64,000 bases of DNA from Candidatus Sysuimicrobiota bacterium (GTDB lineage: Bacteria > Sysuimicrobiota > Sysuimicrobiia > Sysuimicrobiales > Sysuimicrobiaceae), in NCBI GenBank assembly GCA_040289515.1, contig PSLI01000004.1:1-64000 (forward strand). The letters are read 5' to 3'. The position numbers and the translations under genes are program-made. The notes under the pieces were generated by a model. The model saw only the letters and a list, made by a program, of their open reading frames with translations. It made no database searches and was not told the DNA's origin. Each line of letters begins with the position of its first letter. Within the stretch, counting starts at the first letter, position 1. Of this stretch, positions 29,137 to 37,942 are shown piece by piece.

Positions 29137-29873
29137 GCGGACAGGTGCTGGTGGTGATGCCCCTGTACAACGAGGAGGCCACCGTGGAGGAGGTCCTCCA
29201 GGCGGTGTTGCGCTATGCGCCGCCGGGCGCGGACGTACTGGTGGTGGACGACGGGTCCACGGACCGGTCCCCGGAAATCCTGGCGCGCTTCCCCCAGGTG
29301 AAGGTGATCCGCCACCCGGAGAACCGCGGCTACGGCGCGTCCTTAATCGATGGGTTCCGCTATGCCCTGGAGAGGGGCTACGAGGTGGTGGTTACCGTGG
29401 ACTGCGACGCCCAGCACGAACCCTACCTCATCCCGGACCTGCTGAGCGCTTTGGAGAACGCGGAGATCGCCTCCGGGAGTCGCTACCTGCCCGGGTCCTC
29501 CCGCGGCCAGGAGCCTCCGCCGGACCGGGTGCGCATCAACCGGGAGGTGACGCAGCGGGTGAACGCCCTCACGGGCTACCAGCTCACCGACGCCTTCTGC
29601 GGCTTCAAGGCGTACCGGGCGGAGGCCCTGCGCCGGCTGCAGCTGGACGAACCCTCGTACGGGATGCCGCTGCAAGTGTGGGTGCAGGCGGCCCGGTGGG
29701 GGCTGCGCGTGCGGGAGATCCCCATCGGTCGCATTTACAAGAACCCGCACCGACGCTTCTGGGGAGGGCTGGACGATCCCGAGGTGCGGCTGCGCTACTA
29801 CCTGCAGGTGCTGGAGCGGGAGGCCTCCCGCTGGCTGCGCCAGCCCACCTGCTCGGGGGAGGGAGGTCCGTGA
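29133..29873 (+). CDS. Family 2 glycosyltransferase (DPM-synthase-like)
   Basis: VMPLYNEE, VDDGSTD, NRGYG, DCDAQH, GSRY, D..CGFKAY. Confidence 0.92.
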   Translation: MSGQVLVVMPLYNEEATVEEVLQAVLRYAPPGADVLVVDDGSTDRSPEILARFPQVKVIRHPENRGYGASLIDGFRYALERGYEVVVTVDCDAQHEPYLIPDLLSALENAEIASGSRYLPGSSRGQEPPPDRVRINREVTQRVNALTGYQLTDAFCGFKAYRAEALRRLQLDEPSYGMPLQVWVQAARWGLRVREIPIGRIYKNPHRRFWGGLDDPEVRLRYYLQVLEREASRWLRQPTCSGEGGP

Positions 29874-30550
29874 GGACGATCCTGGTCCTTGCCCCGCACC
29901 CGGACGACGCGGAGATCGCCATGGGCGGCACCATGGCGGTCCTGGTGGCGCAGGGCTGGCGGGTGGTGATGTGCGACCTGACGGACGGTGAACCCACCCC
30001 CGTGGGGACACCCGAGCGCAGACGCCAGGAGGCGGAGCAGGCGGCCCGCATCCTCGGGGTGGAGCGTCAGATCCTGGACCTGCCAAACCGTTTCCTGCTG
30101 GACGGGGTGGAGGCCCGCAAGAAGGTGGCCGCGGTGATCCGCGCGGTGCGGCCGGAGTGGCTGTTTGTGCCGTACTGGGAGGACGCACACCCTGACCACG
30201 TGCAGGCCGCAGCCCTGTGCGAGGCGGCACGGTTTTACGCCAAGCTCACCCACACGGACGTCCCGGGAGAGCCGTGGTACCCGCACCGCGTGGTGCACTT
30301 CTTCTCCACCCACTACCGAATGGTTCGCCGTCCCTCCTTCGTGTTCGACATCAGCGACACCCTGGAGCGCAAAATGGAAAGCCTTCGCGCGTACGAGAGC
30401 CAGTTCGGACCCGAGCGGGGCAAGCAGGCAGTTCTGGAGGCGGTGCTCCACGCGGCTCGCTACTTCGGTTCCCTCGTGGGCGTCCTGTACGGGGAGCCCT
30501 TCCTGCTGCGGGAGGAGCTCGGGGTGCGAAATCTGGAGGCACTGGTGTGA
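29870..30550 (+). CDS. bshB1: PIG-L/BshB1-like N-acetylglucosaminyl deacetylase
   Basis: APHPDDAE..MGGT, DLTDGE, HPDH, YESQF, GEPF. Confidence 0.85.
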   Translation: MRTILVLAPHPDDAEIAMGGTMAVLVAQGWRVVMCDLTDGEPTPVGTPERRRQEAEQAARILGVERQILDLPNRFLLDGVEARKKVAAVIRAVRPEWLFVPYWEDAHPDHVQAAALCEAARFYAKLTHTDVPGEPWYPHRVVHFFSTHYRMVRRPSFVFDISDTLERKMESLRAYESQFGPERGKQAVLEAVLHAARYFGSLVGVLYGEPFLLREELGVRNLEALV

Positions 30551-32079
30551 CCCGGTCCGAAGAACTCTCCCTGCCCACCCGCCACGGGGAGGTGCTGTGC
30601 GTCCCGGAGTTTGGCCGCTGGCTGGAGGTGGCGGAGCAAAACGCCCGCAGGCTGGAGTCCCAGCGGGTGCTGCGGGAGCTGCGGGAGCAGGCCCGGCGCG
30701 AGCTGGTGCAGCGCGCGGGAGCACTGCTGGAGCGCTGGGGCCTGCACCGCCCCGAAGTGGGCGCCGGCCCGTGGGTCGGTACGGGCCACCAGCCCGCCCT
30801 GTACCACCCTGGGATCTGGATCCGCACGTGGGCGGTGGCGGCCTGCCAGCAGCGCGGTGCCGTGGGGGTGCACGTGGGGGTGGACTCGGACGAGTGCGAG
30901 CGTTTCGGAGCGCGGGTTCCCCGCCGGGACGACGGCAGGCTGCGGGTAGTGGAGCGCGTCCTGGCAGAGGGGGGCCGGGACGTGCCCTTCGAGTGCCTGC
31001 CGGCTCCCGCAGAAGAGGCCTGGCGCGCCTTCTGCGCACGCCTTCAGGAGGACGTGGCCACCCTGGGGCTTCCGGAGGTTGAAGGGCGCCTGGCGCGCGC
31101 GGAGCGGGCCGGGCTGGCGAGCTTGGCCCGTGCCCGGCACCTGGGCGAATTCGGGGCCGGCCTGCGCCGGCATCTGGAGCTGGACTGCGCGCCGGTCCGG
31201 TACCTGGAGGTGACCGCCTCGGAGCTTTCTAGAACCCGGGCGTTCGCCCGCTTCGCTAGCTGGATCGCGCAGGACGCAGAGCGCTTCTGGGCATGCCACA
31301 ACCAGGCCCTGGAGGACTACCGGCGCCAGCAGGACCTGCGGTCGCCCGCGCAGCCGTTCCCCAACCTGCGGCGGGAAGGTGGACGGGTGGAACTACCCTT
31401 CTGGCTGGTGCGGGATGGAGTGCGGCAGCCCGTGTTCGTGCAGCCAAACCGTCCTCCCGTGGCCTTCTGCCGGGGTGCGGCGGTGGGAGAGCTGTCAGAG
31501 GAGGGGCTGGAGGGCCTGCGGCCCCGGGCGGTGACCCTCACCCTGTTCCTGCGCCTGGCGGTGTGCGACCTGTTCGTGCACGGGCTGGGAGGTGCCCGGT
31601 ACGACCGGGTTACCGACCGGCTGGTGCGGGAGTTCTTTGACGTGGAACCGCCGCCGTTCGCGGTGCTGACCGCCACCTACCACCTGCCCCTGGCACGGCA
31701 TCCGGATCCCCGGGCCGCGTACCAGACCGCCCAGCGCCTGTGGCAGGACCTCCACCACAACCCGGACCGTCACCTTCCACGGGACGGCGAAGTGGCCAAC
31801 CTGGTGGAGGAGAAGTGGCGGTGCATCCAGGCCTTGGAAGCACCGGGCCTACCCCGCCGGACCCGCCGGGAGCTCACGCAGCGCATCCGGGCCCTCAACG
31901 AGGCGCTCCGGGCCCGCCTGCAGGACCGAATCCGTCAGGTGGAGGCGGAGCTGGAGAGCCTGCGGCGCGACGTGGAAGAACACCAGGTGGCCGCGGACCG
32001 CACCTACCCCTTTTTCTTGTTCGACCCGGAGCTCCTGCGCACGTACTTCCGGGCGAGGGAGGAAGCGCGTTGCCGGTAG
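30547..32079 (+). CDS. Hypothetical protein, distantly BshC-like ligase
   Basis: TGHQP (cf. BshC TGQQ), D.D, HGLGGARYD, C-terminal coiled coil; follows bshB1-like gene. Confidence 0.6.
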   Translation: MTRSEELSLPTRHGEVLCVPEFGRWLEVAEQNARRLESQRVLRELREQARRELVQRAGALLERWGLHRPEVGAGPWVGTGHQPALYHPGIWIRTWAVAACQQRGAVGVHVGVDSDECERFGARVPRRDDGRLRVVERVLAEGGRDVPFECLPAPAEEAWRAFCARLQEDVATLGLPEVEGRLARAERAGLASLARARHLGEFGAGLRRHLELDCAPVRYLEVTASELSRTRAFARFASWIAQDAERFWACHNQALEDYRRQQDLRSPAQPFPNLRREGGRVELPFWLVRDGVRQPVFVQPNRPPVAFCRGAAVGELSEEGLEGLRPRAVTLTLFLRLAVCDLFVHGLGGARYDRVTDRLVREFFDVEPPPFAVLTATYHLPLARHPDPRAAYQTAQRLWQDLHHNPDRHLPRDGEVANLVEEKWRCIQALEAPGLPRRTRRELTQRIRALNEALRARLQDRIRQVEAELESLRRDVEEHQVAADRTYPFFLFDPELLRTYFRAREEARCR

Positions 32080-32783
32080 CACGTCATGCGGAGAGGGTGC
32101 GGGCCTCCCCGGTTTGGGGAACTCGGGCAGCTTCCGGTCCCCCGAGCCCCGTGGTCACGGAGGGGCTGGGCCGGCGTTTTGGGCCCGTGGTGGCGCTGCA
32201 CGACGTCACCCTGCGGGTACAGCAGGGTCAGTGCCTGCTGCTGGTGGGGCCCAACGGCTCCGGGAAGACCACCCTGTTGCGGGTTCTGGCCACCGCGCTG
32301 CGCCCCACGGAGGGACGCGCGTGGGTGTGGGGCTATGAGGTGACCGCGGAAGGGTGGCGGGTGCGAGAGGTGTGCGCGTACCTGGGCACCGCCCCGGGGG
32401 TGTACGGGGCGCTTTCGGGCTTCGAGAACTTACGCCTGGCCGCGGACCTGTGCGGAAAGCCCGTTGGGCGTGTCCCTGAGCTGCTGGCGCGGGTCGGGCT
32501 GATGCCGGCGGCGCACCGGCTGGTGGCCAGCTACAGCCTCGGGATGCGCCGGCGGCTGGCCCTGGCCCGGGCCTTCCTGCAGGAGCCCCTGGTGGCGCTG
32601 TTGGACGAGCCTTTTGTGGGCCTGGATGAGGAGGGTCGGGAGCTGGTGCGGCAGCTGGTGGAGGAGGTCAAAAGCCGCGCTGGGGCCGTGGTTCTGGCCA
32701 CTCACGACGGGGACCGGGCGCGGGGCCTGTACGACCGGGTCGTGTGCCTGGAGGCGGGCAGTTTGCGGGCAGCGGGCGGATGA
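32070..32783 (+). CDS. ccmA: Heme exporter ATP-binding protein CcmA
   Basis: GPNGSGKTT, YSLGMRRR, LLDEP; start uncertain (TTG 32070 or GTG 32151). Confidence 0.88.
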   Translation: MPVARHAERVRASPVWGTRAASGPPSPVVTEGLGRRFGPVVALHDVTLRVQQGQCLLLVGPNGSGKTTLLRVLATALRPTEGRAWVWGYEVTAEGWRVREVCAYLGTAPGVYGALSGFENLRLAADLCGKPVGRVPELLARVGLMPAAHRLVASYSLGMRRRLALARAFLQEPLVALLDEPFVGLDEEGRELVRQLVEEVKSRAGAVVLATHDGDRARGLYDRVVCLEAGSLRAAGG

Positions 32784-33433
32784 GAGCAGCTCGCCGCGTC
32801 CTGGCCCTGGTGCGCAAGGATCTGGTGCTGGAGTGGCGGGGCAGGGACGTGCTGGTGCCCGCGGGTGCCTTCGGGCTCGCGGTGTTGCTGGTGCTGGGCC
32901 TGGTTTCCGGCGGCGGGCCGCAGGACGCGCCCACCTTACTGTGGGTTTCTGTGCTGCTGGCCTCCGTGCTGGCGGCGGGCCGCAGCGCGGAGCGGGAAGG
33001 AGAGGAGGGAACGCTGGAAGTGCTGCTGCTGTACCCGGGCAGCCGCGAGGACCTGTTCTGGGGGCGACACCTGGCCCTGTGCGTGCTGCTGGGAGCGCTG
33101 GCTTTGGGCCTGTGGGCCGCACAGCTGTTCCTGTTCAACGCTCCGGCCCGCGGGTGGCCCGCCGTGCTGCTGGCGGGGACGCTGGCGACAGTGGGGCTGA
33201 GTGCGTCGGGCACCCTGCTGGCGGCCCTGCTGGGCCACGTGCGGGCGGGTCGGCTGCTGTTGCCCTTGCTGTTCTTGCCCACCTCGGTTCCCGTGCTGCT
33301 GGCCGGTGTGCGTCTCACGGAGGCGGCCGCCGCGGGCACCACACTCGGCCCGTGGTGGGGCGTGCTGGTGGTGTTCGACCTGTTGTTCCTGCTGGTGGGT
33401 CCCGTGCTGTTTGAGGTGGCGGTGGAGGGCTAG
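32780..33433 (+). CDS. ccmB: Heme exporter permease CcmB
   Basis: KDL..EWR, E.EEGTLE.L, LLLPLL.LP..VPVL; 6 TM. Confidence 0.9.
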   Translation: MRAARRVLALVRKDLVLEWRGRDVLVPAGAFGLAVLLVLGLVSGGGPQDAPTLLWVSVLLASVLAAGRSAEREGEEGTLEVLLLYPGSREDLFWGRHLALCVLLGALALGLWAAQLFLFNAPARGWPAVLLAGTLATVGLSASGTLLAALLGHVRAGRLLLPLLFLPTSVPVLLAGVRLTEAAAAGTTLGPWWGVLVVFDLLFLLVGPVLFEVAVEG

Positions 33434-34072
33434 GTGCGGGCCTTCGCCATGGGCGCAACGGCGGCGCTGTTGGCCCTGGGGCTGTGGCTGGCCCTGAGAG
33501 CGTCTCCCCCAGACGCTTACCAGGGGGAATACGTGCGGATCATGTACGTGCACGTGCCTGCCGCCGTGTCCAGCTACGCCGCCGCAGCGGTGGCCTGCGT
33601 GAGCGGCGCCCTGTACCTGTGGCGGCGCCGGTCGGAGTACGACGCGTGGGCCCGTGCGGGGGCGGAGCTGGCCAGCTTGTTCGCGGGCCTCACCCTGCTG
33701 ACCGGGATGCTGTGGGGCAAGCCCGTGTGGGGTGTGTGGTGGGCGTGGGATGCCCGGCTGGTCTCCACCGCGGTGCTGTTCCTGCTGTACGTGGGTTGCC
33801 TGCTGGTGCGGGACCTGTCGGAGGATCCGGTGCGCGGCCGCCGCCTGGCGGCGGCTTTGGGCGTGGTGGCCTTCCTAGACGTGCCGCTGGTGCACTACTC
33901 CGTGGTGTGGTTCCGAACGCTGCACCAGGGCCCCTCCATTAGACCTGGAGCCGTGCAGATGGCACCGGAGTTTTTGGCCCCCCTGGCGGTGAACGTGCTG
34001 GCCTACCTGGTGCTGTCGGGCTTCCTCCTGGTAGAACGGGCCCGCCTGGCGCGCCTGGAGGCGGAGCGGTGA
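33434..34072 (+). CDS. ccmC: Heme exporter CcmC
   Basis: YVHVP, WGKPVWGVWWAWDARL (WWD motif), TLHQG. Confidence 0.95.
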   Translation: MRAFAMGATAALLALGLWLALRASPPDAYQGEYVRIMYVHVPAAVSSYAAAAVACVSGALYLWRRRSEYDAWARAGAELASLFAGLTLLTGMLWGKPVWGVWWAWDARLVSTAVLFLLYVGCLLVRDLSEDPVRGRRLAAALGVVAFLDVPLVHYSVVWFRTLHQGPSIRPGAVQMAPEFLAPLAVNVLAYLVLSGFLLVERARLARLEAER

Positions 34073-34197
34073 GGGCTTGGGGGTGGGTGCTGGCCGCGTA
34101 CGGATGCGCGGCCGTGCTGCTCGGAGCTTACGCGTGGCGGTTGTGGCGGCGTCTGGAGCGAGCCTCGGGTGGCCGTGCGAGGGAGGGCGACGCGTGA
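34069..34197 (+). CDS. ccmD: CcmD-like small membrane protein (42 aa, not in ORF track)
   Basis: MRAWGWVLAAYGCAAVLLGAYAWRLWRRLERASGGRAREGDA; GTGA overlaps with both ccmC and ccmE. Confidence 0.75.
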   Translation: MRAWGWVLAAYGCAAVLLGAYAWRLWRRLERASGGRAREGDA

Positions 34198-34595
34198 GGC
34201 GGATGCGCGTGCTGTTGGCGGTGCTCCTGACCGCCGGGTCCCTGGGCTACGTGGTGGCCGGAGGGCTGCGGGAGGCGGTGGTGTACTACCTCACGCCCAC
34301 GGAGGTGCGTTCCATGCGCCCGGAGCCCCACAGGCCCGTACGGGTGGGCGGGCAGGTACTGCCCGGCTCCCTGCGAAGGGAAGGGCCGGAGGTGCGCTTC
34401 ATCCTCTGGGACGGCCAGACCCAGCTGCCCGTACGCTTCCGGGGTACCGTGGAAGGGCTGCTAGCGGAGGCACAGGGCGCCGTGGTGGAGGGCCGGGTGG
34501 TGGAGGGGATCCTCCACGCCCGCACCGTGGTGGTCAAGCACTCGGAGGAGTACACCCCGTCCCGAACTCCGCACGACCGCCCCCGCGGACCGTAA
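34194..34595 (+). CDS. ccmE: Heme chaperone CcmE
   Basis: N-terminal TM, YYLTP, RVGGQV, KHSEEY (HxxxY). Confidence 0.92.
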   Translation: MRRMRVLLAVLLTAGSLGYVVAGGLREAVVYYLTPTEVRSMRPEPHRPVRVGGQVLPGSLRREGPEVRFILWDGQTQLPVRFRGTVEGLLAEAQGAVVEGRVVEGILHARTVVVKHSEEYTPSRTPHDRPRGP

Positions 34596-34648
34596 GGCCG
34601 CTTGACGGTGAGCGAAAGGCGCGCGGAAAATCGTGACAGGACCTTGAC

Positions 34649-34673
34649 GGCGGGGGCCACCGAGCCCCCGTTT
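34649..34673 (+). terminator. Hairpin/possible terminator between ccmE and the respiratory operon
   Basis: CGGGGGC-caccga-GCCCCCG followed by TTT. Confidence 0.45.
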
Positions 34674-34752
34674 GCGTTCTGGGCCGAGACGAAGAGGAAT
34701 CCGGGCACCGGAAGTCAAAGACACACGCCAGCTCCTCGGTCAGGGAGGCAGG

Positions 34753-35655
34753 TTGCTGCGACGCGAAGCCAGCTGTTCGTGCAACTGCAGGGTCCCAGGG
34801 AGCTTGCGACTCTCTCTGTCGGTGGCGATGGCGGCGTGGGTGCTGGCGGGCTGCCAGCCGTACGTCCGGGTGAGCAGCCCCGTCCGGGAGGTCTACGAGC
34901 CCCTGGAGGGGTTCGCGGTGCGCATGAACTTCATGCCCCGCAAACCCGACGCGGACGGGGGCCGGAAGATCTACGAGGCGCGGTGCGCGGTCTGCCACGG
35001 ACCGCAGGGGCGCGGGGACGGGCCCATGGCCCAGCAGCTCACGGCCCCGGAGAAGAACCCGTACACCGACTTTTTGAGCCTGTTCCGCATCCATCGCAAG
35101 GCGGAACCGTTGCCGAGCCGGCCCGCCCGGTTTGACAACCTGGATCAGATGCGGCTAAACGCCCCCTTCGCTATGTTCGAGACCATCGCCCGCGGGCGTC
35201 CCCACACCGCCATGCCCGGGTTCCAGCACCCCGCCTACGGTGCCACGGACGGCGGCGAGCCGCGCCTACGGGATCAGGAGATCTGGGACGTGCTGTTCTG
35301 GGAGTGGAGCCGCACCACCAGCCGGGAGCGCCTGGTGCAGGGCCGGCGGATCTACAACCAGCTGTGCGCCCGCTGCCACGGCGTAGGAGGGGACGGGAAT
35401 GGGCCGGAGGCGGGCCGCATCCGGCAGCAAGTGTGGACGTGGGCGCGGGGCGTGGGGCCGGGTGTTTTCACGGACCGGGACTGGATGGCGTACCGCAAGC
35501 CCACGGAGCTGTACCAGCGGATTTCAGAAGGGGTGCGGCGGCGAGGGCTGGAGCTGATGCCGGCCTACGCCGACAAGCTGTCGGCGGACCAGATCTGGAC
35601 CGTGGTAGAGTACCTGTGGACGTTCGTGTACACACCCCCGAAGGACCTGCGGTAG
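34753..35655 (+). CDS. Diheme c-type cytochrome, probable lipoprotein
   Basis: LAGC lipobox; CAVCH..AMPGF and CARCH..LMPAY; start uncertain. Confidence 0.88.
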   Translation: MLRREASCSCNCRVPGSLRLSLSVAMAAWVLAGCQPYVRVSSPVREVYEPLEGFAVRMNFMPRKPDADGGRKIYEARCAVCHGPQGRGDGPMAQQLTAPEKNPYTDFLSLFRIHRKAEPLPSRPARFDNLDQMRLNAPFAMFETIARGRPHTAMPGFQHPAYGATDGGEPRLRDQEIWDVLFWEWSRTTSRERLVQGRRIYNQLCARCHGVGGDGNGPEAGRIRQQVWTWARGVGPGVFTDRDWMAYRKPTELYQRISEGVRRRGLELMPAYADKLSADQIWTVVEYLWTFVYTPPKDLR

Positions 35656-35666
35656 GAGGTGGCCGG

Positions 35667-36311
35667 GTGGATCGTCGCACGTTCTTAAAGGCCCTGAGCG
35701 CGCTGCCCGTGGTGGGGGCTGTGGGAGCCTTCCTGGCGCCCTTGCTGCGCTACCTGAAGCCGAACCTGGAACGGGGACTGGGCCTGCCGCAGGGGAAGCT
35801 ACCGCCCGACCTGGCGGAGGGGGACCTCCCCACGGGCGAGCCGCTGCCCATCGCTACCTTGGAGGAGCTGCGGGAACCGTGGTCCAGCAAGTTCTTCGTG
35901 TTCACGCAGAAGTACCCACAGTACACCCCGGAGCTGGCCAAGGCGGCCACGGTGCCGGGGGTGGCCATCAAGCTGCCGTGGAAGCTGCCCTTTCCGGGCT
36001 ACAAGGGAGGGAAGGAGCCCACGGACATCGTGATCTTCTCCCGCATCTGTCCGCACCTGGGCTGCATCTTCAACTACGTGCCCAACTGGCGGGAGGTGAC
36101 GGCGGGCTACGGGGGCTACGTACCGCCGGAGGACCGGCGGCACGGGCTGCTCGCGTGCCCGTGCCACCTGTCCATCTACGATCCCGCGGACCGGGAACTT
36201 CCTGGCCGGGTGCTGTCGGGCCCCGCGCCCCGGCCGCCCCGCTACTTCACCTACGAGATCCGGGGCGGGGTGATCGTGGTCACCGGGGCGGAACCCGGCG
36301 GGATCGCCTGA
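35667..36311 (+). CDS. Rieske [2Fe-2S] subunit of a Rieske/cyt b complex
   Basis: Tat motif DRRTFLK; CPHLGC and CPCHLSIY; GPAPRP. Confidence 0.95.
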   Translation: MDRRTFLKALSALPVVGAVGAFLAPLLRYLKPNLERGLGLPQGKLPPDLAEGDLPTGEPLPIATLEELREPWSSKFFVFTQKYPQYTPELAKAATVPGVAIKLPWKLPFPGYKGGKEPTDIVIFSRICPHLGCIFNYVPNWREVTAGYGGYVPPEDRRHGLLACPCHLSIYDPADRELPGRVLSGPAPRPPRYFTYEIRGGVIVVTGAEPGGIA

Positions 36312-36324
36312 GGGAGCCGGAGCC

Positions 36325-37473
36325 GTGTGGGACCGGTTGCGAGAGTGGTTCCGGGAGCGCAAGGAAAAGCTGGACCTGTTCGACGAGACCCACGTCGACC
36401 GCCAGGACAACCCCCTGTACATCCTCGGCCAGATCGTCTACTTCGCGTGGATCGCCGTGGTGGTAAGCGGCATCCTCCTCATGATCTGGTACGAGCCTAC
36501 CACCCACGGCGCGTACAACTCCATTCTGCGCATCCAGCGGGAGGTGCCCCTGGGTTGGCTGACCCGCGGCGTGCACAAGTACGGCGCGGACATGCTGATC
36601 CTGGCCATCACCCTGCGCATCTACCGGATGTATTTCCTGGGAGAGTACAAACGGCCCAACGAACTGTCGTGGATGATCCTGTTCGGCTCCCTGGTGCTGG
36701 CCATGATCTCCGGGCTCACGGGCTACCTGCTCATCTGGAACCAGCGGGCCTTCTGGGCGGCCAAGGTGGTGCTCACGGTGGCCGTGTACCTGGACCAGCT
36801 CCCCCTGATCGGCCAAACGCGGTTCGGCAGCGCCATCGCCTTCGCCTTCCTGGGCGGGCCGGCGGAGGGGCAGGGAACCCTCACCCGGTTCTACGCCATC
36901 CACTTCGGGATCTCCGCGCTGCTGCTGGTGGCCTCGGAGGTGTACTTCTACTTCACCCGCCGGCGCCGGTTCGTCCTGTCCCCCACGGCCCTGGTGATCC
37001 TGCTGGCTATGCTGGTGGTAACGAGCTACGTGTTCCCCGCAGAGATGGGCCGCCGGGCCGACCCCAACCGCACGCCCCTGCCCATCCTGTCCGACTGGTA
37101 CTTCCTGGCCCTGTACCAGTACGTGAAGTATACCCCGCCCCTGTGGGCGGGCCTGGGCCCCGGGCTTTTGATCGCTTACGGCATGCTGGTCCCCTTTTTG
37201 GACCGCAGCAAGGGCCGCAGGCCCTCCGAGCGCCCCTTCTTCACGGTGGTGGGGGTCATGGCCCTGACGTACTTCCTCGTGTTCACGGCCCTCATCCTGT
37301 TCAACATCGCGGTGATCGGCCGGGATCCCCACGTGGTCCTACTGGTGACCGCGGCGACTTTGACCCTGGGCCTGGTGCTGGAGTTCCGCTACCGGCGACG
37401 GAAGAAGCTGGCGGAGCTCGCCGCACCGACTCCCGCGCCGCGCGCGGCGCCAGCTCGGGCCGCGGCGGGGTGA
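36325..37473 (+). CDS. Cytochrome b (unsplit, about 8 TM), only the two heme-bL His ligands retained
   Basis: RGVH, TGYLL.W.Q, TLTRFYAIH, Qo-like ILSDWYFL; bH positions are Arg and Tyr. Confidence 0.92.
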   Translation: MWDRLREWFRERKEKLDLFDETHVDRQDNPLYILGQIVYFAWIAVVVSGILLMIWYEPTTHGAYNSILRIQREVPLGWLTRGVHKYGADMLILAITLRIYRMYFLGEYKRPNELSWMILFGSLVLAMISGLTGYLLIWNQRAFWAAKVVLTVAVYLDQLPLIGQTRFGSAIAFAFLGGPAEGQGTLTRFYAIHFGISALLLVASEVYFYFTRRRRFVLSPTALVILLAMLVVTSYVFPAEMGRRADPNRTPLPILSDWYFLALYQYVKYTPPLWAGLGPGLLIAYGMLVPFLDRSKGRRPSERPFFTVVGVMALTYFLVFTALILFNIAVIGRDPHVVLLVTAATLTLGLVLEFRYRRRKKLAELAAPTPAPRAAPARAAAG

Positions 37474-37480
37474 GGGGGCG

Positions 37481-37744
37481 TTGGAAGTCGTGCGGTTCGC
37501 GGCAAGCTTCGGTGTGGCCGTGTTGAGCCTGCACGGAGCCTGGCAGGCATTCGGGCTGGCTTGGGCGGACCCACGGGCGGAGCGCTGGCTCGTCCTGGGC
37601 GTGTACCTGGCCGCCCTGCTGGCCTCAGGAGCATGGGCGGGCTACCTCGTCTACGCCGCGGACCGCAGGGCGGGACGGGTGCGGCGACGGGTGGGGCTGT
37701 ACGAGCGGTGGCTGGCAACGCCTCGGGGAGGGAGGGGGCCGTGA
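37481..37744 (+). CDS. Small 2-TM membrane protein
   Basis: In-operon ORF after GAGGGGG, two hydrophobic segments. Confidence 0.65.
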   Translation: MEVVRFAASFGVAVLSLHGAWQAFGLAWADPRAERWLVLGVYLAALLASGAWAGYLVYAADRRAGRVRRRVGLYERWLATPRGGRGP

Positions 37745-37941
37745 GGAAGGACCGCAGCACATGGCACTTCGCCCTGGCCGGTTTCCTGGCGGTGCTGGCC
37801 CTAGCCGGAGTGGCCCTTATGGTGTACGGGGAGTGGTTTGACCAGCGGCTGGTGGCCTCCGGGGCCCTGGGCGTGATCCTGGTTTTGTACGCGGCCATCG
37901 TAGTGCTGTTCCGGAAGGCGGGTCTCACCGCGGAGGAGTAG
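37741..37941 (+). CDS. Small 2-TM membrane protein (66 aa)
   Basis: GTGA overlap, GGAGG RBS, two hydrophobic segments. Confidence 0.7.
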   Translation: MRKDRSTWHFALAGFLAVLALAGVALMVYGEWFDQRLVASGALGVILVLYAAIVVLFRKAGLTAEE

Positions 37942-37942
37942 G

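Noticed and set aside
34742..34757. GG-N10-GC as a sigma54 promoter for the respiratory operon
   Set aside because: Poor -24 match (AGGGAG); better explained as RBS plus TTG start
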